The position numbers and the translations under genes were made by a program. DNA of 64,000 bases from the IMG/VR virus record IMGVR_UViG_3300035670_000136; one strand, written 5' to 3'. The notes below the pieces were generated by a model that saw only the letters and a program-made list of their open reading frames with translations, was not told the origin of the DNA and ran no database searches. Shown in pieces: positions 9,658-20,579 of the stretch. The DNA comes from an uncultured virus (IMG/VR IMGVR_UViG_3300035670_000136) (Duplodnaviria > Heunggongvirae > Uroviricota > Caudoviricetes). Every line of letters starts with the position of its first letter. Positions within the stretch are counted from its first letter, which is position 1.

Positions 9658-11976
9658 ATGGCAGAGAACAAAACATTTAGCATTAAGAACGGCATAGACG
9701 TAAATAGAACAGTCGTTCTTGATGGCAGCAGAAATTTATCGAATATCGCAACAGCAAACGTTGAAACTCTCAACGTAAATAACGCTGTATTTACAACTCT
9801 TACTCTTCCATCGCTAGATTCAGCGGCGAATACCGTTTCTGTCTCTCAGAACGGTGCGGGTACGTTATCAAAAGCGCAATTAAATTTTGTCAATACGAGC
9901 ACGGTTGGTGTTACTGTCACCAATAATGCTGGTGTTGCCGATATCACTCTTACGGCAAATACTGATCAAGAAAATGCCGCTGGTAACACAGTCGCCGTAT
10001 ATTCCGAAGGCACTCTTCGATACGCAAACGCCAATATTAATTTTAATAATACAGCAACAGTAAATGTTGTTGTTACGCCAGACACAACAACTAAAACAGC
10101 CAATCTTGAGATCTCGATCAATACTGCCGCTGTAATTGCCATTGCTAAAGGCGAAAAGGGCGATAAAGGCGAGATTGGCAATAAGGGCGACATGGGCGAC
10201 CAAGGACCACAGGGTTATCAAGGCGTTCAAGGCGAAAAAGGTCAAAAGGGTGAACAAGGAGTTCAAGGCGATCAAGGAAACCAAGGCGTTCAAGGTGCTA
10301 CTGGAACAGGATTAACAATTTCTGGCACCGTTTTTGACCCAATAGATCTACCATTCATTGGCATTAATGGTGGCGACATTTACTTAACCAGTAACACTCA
10401 ACAGTTATGGACATTTAATAGTTTAGAAGGCGATTGGGATCCTCTTGGTAACTTGAATGGTCCGCAAGGCGCACAAGGTTTTCAAGGTTATCAGGGCGTT
10501 CAAGGCGTTCAGGGTCATCAAGGCGTTCAAGGCGAACAAGGCGCAGGTTCACAAGGATTTCAAGGCATTCGTGGCGGAAGTTCTTGGACTCCAATTACAA
10601 CAAATATAACACAAAGTGCTGTAGATTCAAATTTATATACGAAAACATCAGGCGGTAGTAGTTGGAATGCCGAAGTATATTCAAAAGAAGGATATACAAG
10701 AGGTGTGTTTGTTTCAGCAAATGTTGCGCAAACGAATGCGTATATGATTGTTGGATTGAATGAAGATCCTCAAGCAAATCCAAGTTTCACTTCTATTGAT
10801 TATGGTTTTTATTTAGATCCAACATCAAATGTTTCTATTTTTGAAAATGGATCATCAATACAATCAGTAGGAACTTACGGCACAAACACTGTCTTTACTG
10901 TTACTTACAATAGTTTGAACGTTCAATATTATAAAGATGGCGAAGAACTTCGCATTGTTTCTCGTGCAGTTGGCAACCCATTATACTTAGATACTGCATT
11001 TTATACAAATGCAGCATCAATGTACATCACATTTGGTGCAATGGGTGAAGCGGCTGGCGCACAAGGTGCTGCTGGTGAGCAAGGCGCACAAGGTCGTCAA
11101 GGATTTATTGGTGCAACAGGCGATCCTGGCGCTCAAGGGCAACAAGGTGTGCAGGGCGCACAAGGTTATCAAGGTGTTCAGGGAACACAAGGTCAAAAAG
11201 GTGAACAAGGTTTTGCTGGCGTTCAGGGCGATCAAGGAGTTCAAGGATTCCAAGGAGTTCAAGGAGCACAAGGCGTTCAGGGTGCCGTTGGTTCTCAAGG
11301 TGTACAAGGTGTTCAAGGCACTCAAGGTATACAAGGCGCTCAAGGCGTTCAGGGTGCACCAGGAGTTCAAGGTGAACAAGGAATTATTGGCGAACAGGGT
11401 GTACAAGGATCTATTGGTGCGCAAGGCGTTCAAGGTGCTGATAATGTTTCTCAAATTCTTGGTAAACAAACAATTTGGATTCCTGCAGTTGCCATGATAT
11501 CCCCATCAATAAATGGCGCACCATACACTTTATCGGAAACGGCAACAAATAAACTTCTCATACCAGCTTTACATTTTGATCCATCAATTGAAGAAAATTC
11601 TCAATTTATGATTCAAATGCCTAAATCGTGGAATGAAGGTCAAATTAATGTTCAATTTATTTGGTCGCACGACACTACAACGACAAATTTTGGAGTTGTG
11701 TGGTCAATTGATGCAGTTGCATTCAATGATGGAGACGCATATGACGCAGCATTCGGAACTGCTATAACTGTTACGGATACTGGTGGCACAGCAAATGCAA
11801 TTTATATCTCATCAGAAGCGACTGGATTGACTGTTGCTGGTTCACCAACCGCTGAAGAATATGTAGCGTTTCGTGTTAAGCGTGTTGTTTCTAATGGATC
11901 CGATACGATGGCAGTTGATGCGAGATTACACGGAGTCAAATTACATTACACAATTGATGCTGCAAGAGATAATTAA
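9658..11976 (+). CDS. Collagen-like virion fibre protein with globular inserts
   Basis: [13 protein letters not shown]-terminus; three G-X-Y blocks including GEK/GDK; beta-sandwich-like insert and C-terminal domain. Confidence 0.75.
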   Translation: MAENKTFSIKNGIDVNRTVVLDGSRNLSNIATANVETLNVNNAVFTTLTLPSLDSAANTVSVSQNGAGTLSKAQLNFVNTSTVGVTVTNNAGVADITLTANTDQENAAGNTVAVYSEGTLRYANANINFNNTATVNVVVTPDTTTKTANLEISINTAAVIAIAKGEKGDKGEIGNKGDMGDQGPQGYQGVQGEKGQKGEQGVQGDQGNQGVQGATGTGLTISGTVFDPIDLPFIGINGGDIYLTSNTQQLWTFNSLEGDWDPLGNLNGPQGAQGFQGYQGVQGVQGHQGVQGEQGAGSQGFQGIRGGSSWTPITTNITQSAVDSNLYTKTSGGSSWNAEVYSKEGYTRGVFVSANVAQTNAYMIVGLNEDPQANPSFTSIDYGFYLDPTSNVSIFENGSSIQSVGTYGTNTVFTVTYNSLNVQYYKDGEELRIVSRAVGNPLYLDTAFYTNAASMYITFGAMGEAAGAQGAAGEQGAQGRQGFIGATGDPGAQGQQGVQGAQGYQGVQGTQGQKGEQGFAGVQGDQGVQGFQGVQGAQGVQGAVGSQGVQGVQGTQGIQGAQGVQGAPGVQGEQGIIGEQGVQGSIGAQGVQGADNVSQILGKQTIWIPAVAMISPSINGAPYTLSETATNKLLIPALHFDPSIEENSQFMIQMPKSWNEGQINVQFIWSHDTTTTNFGVVWSIDAVAFNDGDAYDAAFGTAITVTDTGGTANAIYISSEATGLTVAGSPTAEEYVAFRVKRVVSNGSDTMAVDARLHGVKLHYTIDAARDN

Positions 11977-11978
11977 TC

Positions 11979-13136
11979 ATGCTGACAACAACATCTTCAA
12001 GTGGATTTGGTGCGAGAATAAGTGGAATACGCAGAGAAGCATTTACTGAATTTGTAGTCTTTAATACTACAACAACAGGAAGTACAATCACATTACCTGA
12101 CTATGTCAATACTGTTCGCATATACGCATGGGGCGGCGGAGGTGGTGGTGGTGGAAGATGGCCAGCTGGTGGGTATGGTGGAAATGGCGGTGACGGTGGT
12201 TATGTAAAAGCAGATTTCCCAATTCAACCTGGCGTTCCTCTTATTGTTCGTGTAGCAGGTAGCGGTAGAAATCCAGGAGGATATCCTTACATTGGCGGCA
12301 GCGGTGGAGGTTATTCTTCCGTTGAATTGCCACCAGCATACCCTTCTAAATATTTGCTTGTTGCTGGTGGTGGCGGTGGTGGTGGTGTTGCGCATCAAAC
12401 ACCTGGACCTACTGGCGCAGCAAGATATCCAGGCGGTCCTGCGTTTACTGATGGATCAACACCACCAGCATATACTTTTTTGAAAGGATTAGCTGGAACA
12501 ATAAGCGCAGGTGGTGTGGGTGGTAAATTTCCAATTGGTGCAGTTCCTGTGCCAATATTAGGTCCTGCTCGCGGACCAGTATATGGACCACTTCCTCCAA
12601 CATCAGGACCATCACGACAAGCACAACCTGGATCATTTTTGACTGGTGGTGGTATTCAACAAGCGCCTGCACCTAATGGTGTAAATTATAGTACTGGAAT
12701 TAATGGTGGTGGGCAAGGATATTTTGTTGGTGGTCCACCAGCTTGGCCAGGAATATCGCCTGCATATGAACCAGGTCCTTATGCAGTAGAAGGTGCTGGT
12801 GGTGGCGGTGGTGGTTATTATGGTGGCGGTATGGGTCACCCTAATAAGTACATAGCTGCTCCAGCAAATACTTCAACATCTCAAGCAGGTGGTGGTGGCG
12901 GGTCGTCATATATTAATCCAATAGGATCAAATATTGAAATGGCAAATAGTGGTCCATATTTACCAAATCCAGTATATGCTGCAAATTATCGTCCCAGCGA
13001 ACCTAACGGTTTACCACCAGGATCATTTATTGTACCAGTCAATATAACGGCTATCGGTGGTAGTGGAATAGGTCCTACTCAATACGAAGCACTGGGAAAT
13101 GATGGTGGACCAGGTATGGTTGTTATCGTATATTGA
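11979..13136 (+). CDS. Gly/Pro-rich domain protein
   Basis: WGGGGGGGG, LLVAGGGGGGG, GGGGGYYGGG, GGGGGSSY, GPGMVVIVY motifs. Confidence 0.65.
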   Translation: MLTTTSSSGFGARISGIRREAFTEFVVFNTTTTGSTITLPDYVNTVRIYAWGGGGGGGGRWPAGGYGGNGGDGGYVKADFPIQPGVPLIVRVAGSGRNPGGYPYIGGSGGGYSSVELPPAYPSKYLLVAGGGGGGGVAHQTPGPTGAARYPGGPAFTDGSTPPAYTFLKGLAGTISAGGVGGKFPIGAVPVPILGPARGPVYGPLPPTSGPSRQAQPGSFLTGGGIQQAPAPNGVNYSTGINGGGQGYFVGGPPAWPGISPAYEPGPYAVEGAGGGGGGYYGGGMGHPNKYIAAPANTSTSQAGGGGGSSYINPIGSNIEMANSGPYLPNPVYAANYRPSEPNGLPPGSFIVPVNITAIGGSGIGPTQYEALGNDGGPGMVVIVY

Positions 13137-13177
13137 TAAAATTTAAAGTTATCATTTATTAATTGAGGTTTATTATT

Positions 13178-13819
13178 ATGAGTGATTTGTATACAAAAGG
13201 TTATAAAGTAATTCGCAATGCCGTGTCTAAAAAGATAACTTCTTTTATGGCAATGCAAGTAAATATGCAAAAAGATTTTGAAAATTTTTCAAAAGGGTTG
13301 CCAATTAATTCTTACGTTCAATGGGATCCAAATTGTCCAGATTCACAAGGAGATGAGCAAGTACCAAAAGCCTATAGTTTTCACAGAACGTTTTGTACTG
13401 AATCATTATTGATGACAATGCTACCGTTTATGGAAGCACAGACAAATAAAAAGTTGTATCCAACATATTCTTATGGTAGAATTTACTTTCAAGATGCAGT
13501 ACTTGAAGTTCATAAAGATCGCCCAAGTTGTGAATATTCTGCAACGGTAGCCATTGAAACGAACGGTCAACCTTGGGAGATCTATTTTCAAGGATTAGAT
13601 GGAAAGGTAAATAGTGTTTTATTAAATGATGGCGATTTGTGCATCTACTTGGGAACTCAAGTACATCACTGGCGCGAAAAGTTTAATGGTAACAAATATA
13701 TGCAATTGTTTTTACATTACGTTGATAAAAATGGACCTCATGCCGAATGGGCTTACGATAAACGACCAATGCTTGGATCGCCAGTCGAAAAACCAAAACA
13801 AGAAACCCTTGATTGGTAG
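13178..13819 (+). CDS. 2OG-Fe(II) oxygenase, same family as domain 1 of 7407..8657
   Basis: LYPTYSYGRIY, HKDRPSCEYS, HHWRE, QLFLHYVD; ATG at 13178 follows a GAGG RBS. Confidence 0.8.
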   Translation: MSDLYTKGYKVIRNAVSKKITSFMAMQVNMQKDFENFSKGLPINSYVQWDPNCPDSQGDEQVPKAYSFHRTFCTESLLMTMLPFMEAQTNKKLYPTYSYGRIYFQDAVLEVHKDRPSCEYSATVAIETNGQPWEIYFQGLDGKVNSVLLNDGDLCIYLGTQVHHWREKFNGNKYMQLFLHYVDKNGPHAEWAYDKRPMLGSPVEKPKQETLDW

Positions 13820-13835
13820 TGCTCATAAATAATAG

Positions 13836-14162
13836 ATGGCAGAAATAACATACAATTATCTCGAAATTACTCCGAACGTAAAACCTTATCGAGGTTATGA
13901 CGATTTCATTCATTCAATTGTAATTCGAATGAGCGCGACTGATGGAGTTAATACTGTAACAACAGCAGGTCGTTATGAATTGGATGTAGATTTTCAATTT
14001 GACGAAGAACATCCATTTGTACCTTTTGATCAGTGGGATCAAGCAAAAGTAAATTCGGTTGTAGAAGAACTAATTGCTCGGGCAGGAACAAAAGAACGAT
14101 TAGCAGTTAAATTAAAAGTCAAAGCCGCGCAACCCGTACCTAAACATTTTAGTTTTGATTAA
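13836..14162 (+). CDS. Hypothetical phage protein
   Basis: 108-aa ORF preceded by a late-promoter-like CATAAATA at 13824-13831. Confidence 0.55.
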   Translation: MAEITYNYLEITPNVKPYRGYDDFIHSIVIRMSATDGVNTVTTAGRYELDVDFQFDEEHPFVPFDQWDQAKVNSVVEELIARAGTKERLAVKLKVKAAQPVPKHFSFD

Positions 14163-14169
14163 TTGAACC

Positions 14170-17100
14170 ATGGCAGTCATATCCGCATTTAAATCTGGAA
14201 CAACAGCTGAGTTAGACCAATATACAGGTTATCTAACTGAGATTGTATACGACACAGATAAAAATACTATCCGTGTTCATGACGGATCTAAATTAGGTGG
14301 TTATGAACTTATTGGTGGGTTTACTGTCGAAGGAAACACTATCATATATGGTGACAATGTTTCTTTTACTGCAGGCAATACATCACTAGAAATTAGCGAT
14401 AAAGGCGTTCGTATCAATTCCAACACTTTGATTGTTGGAGATACTGACGTCCTTTCCGCTATTGCAAACGCTGATAATGTTATTATTAAAGTCGCCAATA
14501 CACTAATTGGTAATGCGAAAGTTTTAAATTTTCAAAATGGAAATAATATTGTTATTTCTACGACCTCAAATGGCAATCAAATCAATTTATCGTTTGCATC
14601 TACTGGCGGCGGCACAGGAAGTGGTGGTGCGTTATTAGATTACACATATAGCACAGATATTAGTAATACAACTCCTGGTGTTGGTGTTTTAAAATTTAAC
14701 GACGCAGATTTAACGATCGCAACAGAACTGTATCTTGATTATTTTGATGATTATACAAATAATTTAAGTGATTATTATACAGCACTAACAAGTGCAAGTA
14801 ATGGTAATATTAAAATTATCAGTGCTGAAAATCCTGAAAAATTCATTTTATATTCTTATACTAATATTAATGATATTAGCGATAACGGATATTTTATTTT
14901 CACACTTGATTATTTGGCAGGTGGCACCAATTCATTTAATAATGGTGAAGATGTAAGATTAGATTTTGATACATTTGGTGGCGGAATTGCAACAGGCGTT
15001 AATGTTGGCGTTGAGGTTGAGGAAATCTTAGTTGGCGAACAACCTGTAATTAATTTCAAAAGCGGTAACACTGCAAATTTGATTGTTACTGGCGAAGAAG
15101 ATGCTAATAATTTTAGAACAAATGTTTATATTGATCTTGTTGCAAGCAATATAGTTGGCGCAAAAGGTGAACCTGGTACACCTGGCGGTGCTCAAGGATT
15201 TCAAGGCGCACAAGGTTTCCAAGGTGCTGCTGGTGGAGCAAAAGGTCAAAAAGGCATCAAAGGCGACGTTGGTACAAAAGGTCCACAAGGATTTGCGGGC
15301 ACACAAGGACCACAAGGTTTTGAAGGTCCTCAAGGTCCTCAAGGTTCTGCTGGCGTTCAAGGTGCTCCTGGTGCACAAGGTGCTCCTGGCGTTTCTGATG
15401 TTCCTGGTCCTCAAGGTCCTCAAGGTTCTCAAGGTGCTCCTGGACCACAAGGTGCTCCTGGCGTTTCCGATACTCCAGGTCCTCAAGGTCCTCAAGGTGC
15501 TCCAGGTTCACCAGGCGAACAAGGTGCAGAAGGCGTTTCTGATGTTCCTGGTCCTCAAGGTCCTCCAGGCGATCAAGGTGCTCCTGGCGCTCAAGGTGAA
15601 CCTGGCGTTTCTGACACTCCAGGTCCTCAAGGTCCTCCAGGCGATCAAGGTGCTCCTGGCGCTCAAGGTGAACCTGGCGTTTCTGACACTCCAGGTCCTC
15701 AAGGTCCTCCAGGCGATCAAGGTGCTCCTGGCGCTCAAGGTGAAGCTGGTGCTCCATCGTTTATTCCTGGCGCAAAGGGTGATCAAGGAGATAAAGGAGA
15801 ACAAGGAGATAAAGGGGATAAAGGGGATAAAGGGGATAAGGGGGATAAGGGGGATAAAGGCGATATTGGTGCACAAGGAGACGCAGGTGCTGTTGGCGCT
15901 CAAGGTGATAAAGGTAGTCAAGGTGATGTTGGTGACAAAGGCGACAAGGGAGATAAAGGAGATCAGGGAGACAAGGGCGACGCTGGGTCTACTGGCGATG
16001 TTGGCGTAAAAGGTGAAGTTGGCGCTCAAGGCGTTCAGGGCGAGCAAGGCGAAAAGGGAGATAAAGGAGATAAAGGTGATCAGGGCGAACAGGGCGAAGC
16101 ATCTTTTGTTCCTGGACCAAAAGGCGACAAAGGATCCACTGGTGAACAAGGTAGTGCAGGCACTCAAGGTGCAGCAGGACAACCTGGCGATCCTGGTCCT
16201 CAAGGTGTTCAAGGTGAAATAGGCGAAAAGGGCGATAAAGGCGATCAAGGTGAGCAGGGCGAGCAAGGAGAACCATCGTTCGTTCCTGGACCAAAAGGCG
16301 ATAAAGGACCAATTGGAGATACAGGACCAGAAGGAGTTCAAGGATCTCAAGGTTCTATTGGTCCTCAAGGACCACCTGGTCCACAAGGACCAAACGGTGC
16401 ACCTGGTCCACAAGGTACAACAGGAGATAAAGGCGTTCAGGGTTCTCCAGGCGAAATAGGTCCTGTTGGTCCGCAAGGATTTCCTGGAACTGGTGGAGCT
16501 CCTGGCACACCAGGTGTTCCTGGAACTCCTTCTACTGTTGCAGGACCACCAGGTCCGCAAGGTCCGCAAGGAGCACCTGGAACGGGAGATAAAGGCGAAA
16601 AGGGGCAAAAAGGAGATCAGGGTAACGTTGGTCCAGTCGGCGTGCAGGGTGTTCAAGGCGATAAAGGAAATCAAGGTTTTCAAGGAGAACAAGGCGTTCA
16701 AGGCGATAAAGGAAATCAAGGTTTTCAAGGTCAAACAGGCGCGACTTCTGCTGGCGGCATCACATACTTGTATCAGCCACCAAGTGGACCAAGTGGTTCA
16801 GTATCGGATAGTGACCCTGGAACAGGATTCTTCAGATTTAACAATGTCGACATTACTGCAGTAACAAGAGTATTCATTGATCCAGGTGATGTTTGGCAAA
16901 TTCGCCATGATGACTGGTTATTTTCTTTTGATGACAGTACAAGTTCACATAAAGGCATTCTTGAAATTGAAGAGAATGCTATTCCTGCTGAAGGGTTTGA
17001 AGAAGAACATAACTTCTCTATGTGGAGAGTTACGGCAATTGAATATGTTCCTGATACAGGAAGCGGCGAATATTTTAGATTATTCGTTGAATATATTTCT

Positions 17101-18228
17101 GGTCGTATGCCAGTATCAACATATGGTAATCCATATTCAATTCGTTTTTACAGAACAGGCGATAAGGGCGAACAAGGACCACCAGGTGGTCCACAAGGAT
17201 TTCAGGGTTCAACAGGTTCGCAAGGATTTGTTGGCGCTCAAGGCATACAAGGCGCTCAAGGCATACAAGGCGCTCAAGGCATACAAGGAGCTACTGGTGA
17301 TAAAGGTGCGGCTGGCGATAAAGGTATTGTTGGCGATAAAGGCGCTCAAGGATTTCAAGGTGATATTGGCGATAAAGGCGCTCAAGGATTTCAAGGTGCT
17401 ACTGGATCGCCTGGTGTTGGACCACAAGGTTTAGCTGGTCCACAAGGTTTAGCTGGTCCAGCTGGTCCACAAGGCTTCCAAGGTTTCCAAGGTTTCCAAG
17501 GTCGTCAGGGCATTCAAGGCGCTGCTGGCATTCAAGGTGCTACTGGATCACCTGGAGTTGGACCACAAGGCTTACTTGGTCCTCAGGGTGTTACTGGTCC
17601 ACAAGGATTGAGAGGCGCTCAGGGTTTCCAAGGCTTCCAAGGTTTCCAAGGCTTCACAGGTCGACAAGGATTCCAAGGTGCTACTGGAGCACAAGGTTTC
17701 CAAGGCTTCCAAGGTTTCCAAGGCTTAACAGGTCGACAAGGATTCCAAGGTGCTACTGGAGCGCAAGGATTAACTGGTCCAAATGGTGGACCAGGACCAC
17801 AAGGACCACAAGGCTTTAGAGGTGCAACTGGAGATAATGGACCACAAGGACCATCAGGACCTGAAGGACCAGTTGGACCACAAGGTGCACCTGGTCCAGA
17901 TGGTGGCGGTGGCGAAATAACGCAAGTCAATAATACTAACAGCGGTTATATTCGATTTGGAACATCTGGGAGTACAATCATTCAATGGGGAAGGGTGCAA
18001 AATACTGTTAGCAATTGGACCGATGGATATGTCATATCTGTATCGCTACCTATATTTTTTACAACAAGACATGTAAGCGCGCAGATTACTTTTGGCGGAA
18101 CAACGGCAAATCAAGACAATATTCCGTTAATCAGTTCGCTCACATTAGGTGCATTTAGTGTTACTGTTATGCAGCAAGGTAGCCCTACACAACCAGATAC
18201 TTTATATTATATTTGCGTAGGTAATTAA
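14170..18228 (+). CDS. Large collagen-like tail fibre protein
   Basis: N-terminal GTT...[16 protein letters not shown] (Mtd-N-like anchor); long G-P-Q, G-D-K and G-F-Q blocks; C-terminal GYIRF...IIQWG fibre-tip motif. Confidence 0.8.
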   Translation: MAVISAFKSGTTAELDQYTGYLTEIVYDTDKNTIRVHDGSKLGGYELIGGFTVEGNTIIYGDNVSFTAGNTSLEISDKGVRINSNTLIVGDTDVLSAIANADNVIIKVANTLIGNAKVLNFQNGNNIVISTTSNGNQINLSFASTGGGTGSGGALLDYTYSTDISNTTPGVGVLKFNDADLTIATELYLDYFDDYTNNLSDYYTALTSASNGNIKIISAENPEKFILYSYTNINDISDNGYFIFTLDYLAGGTNSFNNGEDVRLDFDTFGGGIATGVNVGVEVEEILVGEQPVINFKSGNTANLIVTGEEDANNFRTNVYIDLVASNIVGAKGEPGTPGGAQGFQGAQGFQGAAGGAKGQKGIKGDVGTKGPQGFAGTQGPQGFEGPQGPQGSAGVQGAPGAQGAPGVSDVPGPQGPQGSQGAPGPQGAPGVSDTPGPQGPQGAPGSPGEQGAEGVSDVPGPQGPPGDQGAPGAQGEPGVSDTPGPQGPPGDQGAPGAQGEPGVSDTPGPQGPPGDQGAPGAQGEAGAPSFIPGAKGDQGDKGEQGDKGDKGDKGDKGDKGDKGDIGAQGDAGAVGAQGDKGSQGDVGDKGDKGDKGDQGDKGDAGSTGDVGVKGEVGAQGVQGEQGEKGDKGDKGDQGEQGEASFVPGPKGDKGSTGEQGSAGTQGAAGQPGDPGPQGVQGEIGEKGDKGDQGEQGEQGEPSFVPGPKGDKGPIGDTGPEGVQGSQGSIGPQGPPGPQGPNGAPGPQGTTGDKGVQGSPGEIGPVGPQGFPGTGGAPGTPGVPGTPSTVAGPPGPQGPQGAPGTGDKGEKGQKGDQGNVGPVGVQGVQGDKGNQGFQGEQGVQGDKGNQGFQGQTGATSAGGITYLYQPPSGPSGSVSDSDPGTGFFRFNNVDITAVTRVFIDPGDVWQIRHDDWLFSFDDSTSSHKGILEIEENAIPAEGFEEEHNFSMWRVTAIEYVPDTGSGEYFRLFVEYISGRMPVSTYGNPYSIRFYRTGDKGEQGPPGGPQGFQGSTGSQGFVGAQGIQGAQGIQGAQGIQGATGDKGAAGDKGIVGDKGAQGFQGDIGDKGAQGFQGATGSPGVGPQGLAGPQGLAGPAGPQGFQGFQGFQGRQGIQGAAGIQGATGSPGVGPQGLLGPQGVTGPQGLRGAQGFQGFQGFQGFTGRQGFQGATGAQGFQGFQGFQGLTGRQGFQGATGAQGLTGPNGGPGPQGPQGFRGATGDNGPQGPSGPEGPVGPQGAPGPDGGGGEITQVNNTNSGYIRFGTSGSTIIQWGRVQNTVSNWTDGYVISVSLPIFFTTRHVSAQITFGGTTANQDNIPLISSLTLGAFSVTVMQQGSPTQPDTLYYICVGN
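15532..15747 (+). repeat. Three 72-bp tandem repeats encoding GVSD(V/T)[18 protein letters not shown](P/A)
   Basis: Near-identical copies starting at 15532, 15604 and 15676. Confidence 0.85.
15805..15858 (+). repeat. Six 9-bp tandem repeats GG(A/G)GATAA(A/G) encoding (GDK)6
   Basis: Read directly from the sequence. Confidence 0.85.
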
Positions 18229-18229
18229 A

Positions 18230-18604
18230 ATGACCATATCATATAGTCCAAGCGCGAAAGGATTTTTTACCAGTGAATGGGTTTATCCGAATCTACCAAA
18301 TGATCTAATTCCTATAAGCAACGATGATCATCAAAGATTATTGTATGAAATAAATTCAAACAATAAGGTTATTATTGTTTCAAATGGCGAAATAACTTTG
18401 GAAGAAAAACCGCCATATATCCCAACTTGGGATATTATTCGGCTTCGAAGAAATAAATTATTAGAGGCTTCCGATCATACTCAATTACCTGACTTTCCAG
18501 AAGCCAAGAAAACAGAGTGGGCTACATATAGACAGGCACTCAGAGACATTCCACAAACATACGCAACACCAGAAGAAGTGATTTGGCCAACGCCACCAAC
18601 TTGA
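18230..18604 (+). CDS. Tail fibre assembly chaperone
   Basis: W..IR..RN.LL..SD.TQLPD....W..YRQALRDIP.....WP..P motif, directly after the fibre gene. Confidence 0.8.
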   Translation: MTISYSPSAKGFFTSEWVYPNLPNDLIPISNDDHQRLLYEINSNNKVIIVSNGEITLEEKPPYIPTWDIIRLRRNKLLEASDHTQLPDFPEAKKTEWATYRQALRDIPQTYATPEEVIWPTPPT

Positions 18605-18614
18605 GGGTTATTTT

Positions 18615-20579
18615 ATGATTAATGCTTTTGTGATCAACCTTGCTAAGAACAGATCAAAATTAGATTCATTTGCTCGCCGATTTAACGAGTTTTTCAAAGA
18701 CAGAACCAAAATTCAATTACAGCGGTTTGATGCCATAAACGGTTTAGAGATTTCTCATAAGCAATTAATTGAAATGGGTTATGATACCTATCGTTCTTGG
18801 CGTGATCCGTATCATAATCGTAAGTTTACGCATGGTGAAATTGGCTGCACTTTAAGTCATTTTGGTGTATGGAAAAAATGCATTGAGTTAAATAAACCTG
18901 TAATTGTATTTGAAGATGATGTTGAATTTTTACCCAATTTCAATTTAGAAGATGTTTTAAACATTCTTGAAACGAAAGAGTTTGTTTATTTGTCAAGAAA
19001 AGATATCGGTAAGCAACCAAGAAAAATTACTGATAAATTGGCAGTACCTTCTTATTCATATTGGACTTGCGCATATGCATTGACGCCATCTGCAGCAAAA
19101 AAACTCTGCAATTCATTTGCATATAACAACATTTTACCTGCTGATGAATATTTACCATTAATGCTCGGCATACACCCATCAAGAGAACTAAACGATCATT
19201 TTGATCATTTGCCTAAAATTGAACCATTGGCGTTCGAACCTAATATATGCAAACCAATTTCTGGCGCATTTAATACTTCTGATACAGAAATAGGCACAGG
19301 CACGAAATACTTCAAAGATTTTGATTTGAAAGTCGTGACTGTTGCAACTGATTTGAATAAAGCAAAACAATTACTCACATCAGCAGAAAAGAATAAAATT
19401 CAAGTAAAAACACTGGGCGCTAATGTTGATTGGTCGGGCGGTGATGTGAAAAATGGTCCTGGTGGAGGTATGAAAGTTAACCTTCTTCGTTCAGAACTTA
19501 AGAATTATCGCGATGATGACATTGTAATGTTCGTCGATGGTTATGATGTGATTATAAATGAACTTGAAGAAGATATTTTAAATCGGTATTTAAGTTTTCA
19601 CTGTAAAGTATTATTTGCAGCAGAAAAAGTCTGTTGGCCAGATCGCAACTTAGAATCACAATTTCCACAACCAGCAAATGGTTATCGCTACTTAAACAGT
19701 GGTTGTTTCATAGGCGTGGTGTCTGAATTGAAAAAGATCGTTAACGATTCGTTAAATGATACGGACGACGATCAACTATACTTTCAACGAAAATACTTAA
19801 GTAAACAATTTGACATTAAATTAGATCACGAGGGCTATGTCTTTCAATGTGTATCGATGGTAGAAGATAAGATCGGATTGAATAAATTTAAACAGATTGT
19901 AAATTCAGAAACACGCTGCACTGGCGTCATTTTACACGGAAATGGTGGCGCCAAGGCAAAGGCTAAATTTGATCAGATTTATAGCGAACTATTTCCACCC
20001 AAACCAATAGGCAACACTTCGTTTGTAAATACAAAAGAATTTCGAGTCGTTGGTCCTGAAATTCTTTGTATGAAGTTTATGACGCCACAAATGTGCGCCG
20101 ATCTTATCGGTTTGGCAGAGGAAACGGCTCGTAAAAACGGTGGATTTAAACCCCTCGAATATGATAAATTTCCAGCCCAAGAACTTCGCATCAAAGCCAT
20201 TGATATGAGTTTGTGGAATCAAATTGAAAAGAATCTTAAAGAATATGTTTTTCCTGTGATTGAGTCCTATTGGTCGCCAACGCAAATGTATGGCGTTAGA
20301 GATTTATTCGTGATTCGTTATAGCCCAGATACGCAAAAGTCGCTTTCTTGTCATAATGACGCTTCAATGGTGAGCGGAACCGTCAAGTTAAATAATGACT
20401 ATACTGGAGCAGAATTATACTTCAGAAGGCAAAAAATCAGCAATATTGATATGGAAGTTGGCGATATTCTTCTTTGGCCAGGGCAGGTTACTCACGGTCA
20501 CGAGAGCCTACCAATTACAAGTGGAACTAAATATAGTCTAGTTCTATGGACACAACGCCACCCAAGAGATGAAATTTAA
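18615..20579 (+). CDS. Three-domain enzyme: GT25 (COLGALT-like) + PLOD-type glycosyltransferase + lysyl-hydroxylase-like 2OG-Fe(II) dioxygenase
   Basis: GT25 motifs VINL, RDPYH...T.GEIGC.LSH, FEDD, YSYWT.AY, LP.DE.LP, SDTE; PLOD GT motifs TVAT, W.GGD...GGG.KV, FVD.YDV, F.AE..CWP, LNSG.FIG, DDDQL, HGNG; LH motifs FV.RY.PD.Q.SL..H.D, PG..TH.HE.LP.T.GT.Y. Confidence 0.85.
   Translation: MINAFVINLAKNRSKLDSFARRFNEFFKDRTKIQLQRFDAINGLEISHKQLIEMGYDTYRSWRDPYHNRKFTHGEIGCTLSHFGVWKKCIELNKPVIVFEDDVEFLPNFNLEDVLNILETKEFVYLSRKDIGKQPRKITDKLAVPSYSYWTCAYALTPSAAKKLCNSFAYNNILPADEYLPLMLGIHPSRELNDHFDHLPKIEPLAFEPNICKPISGAFNTSDTEIGTGTKYFKDFDLKVVTVATDLNKAKQLLTSAEKNKIQVKTLGANVDWSGGDVKNGPGGGMKVNLLRSELKNYRDDDIVMFVDGYDVIINELEEDILNRYLSFHCKVLFAAEKVCWPDRNLESQFPQPANGYRYLNSGCFIGVVSELKKIVNDSLNDTDDDQLYFQRKYLSKQFDIKLDHEGYVFQCVSMVEDKIGLNKFKQIVNSETRCTGVILHGNGGAKAKAKFDQIYSELFPPKPIGNTSFVNTKEFRVVGPEILCMKFMTPQMCADLIGLAEETARKNGGFKPLEYDKFPAQELRIKAIDMSLWNQIEKNLKEYVFPVIESYWSPTQMYGVRDLFVIRYSPDTQKSLSCHNDASMVSGTVKLNNDYTGAELYFRRQKISNIDMEVGDILLWPGQVTHGHESLPITSGTKYSLVLWTQRHPRDEI

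Noticed and set aside
15508..16734. Long minus-strand and alternate-frame ORFs over the collagen genes (also 75..488, 5010..5552, 23440..24144, 23318..24175)
   Set aside because: These are shadows of G-X-Y codon periodicity, which lacks stops in other frames; the products are low-complexity and have no RBS
14170..18228. Diversity-generating retroelement suggested by the Mtd-like N-terminus
   Set aside because: No reverse transcriptase and no template/variable repeat pair differing at adenines seen in this window
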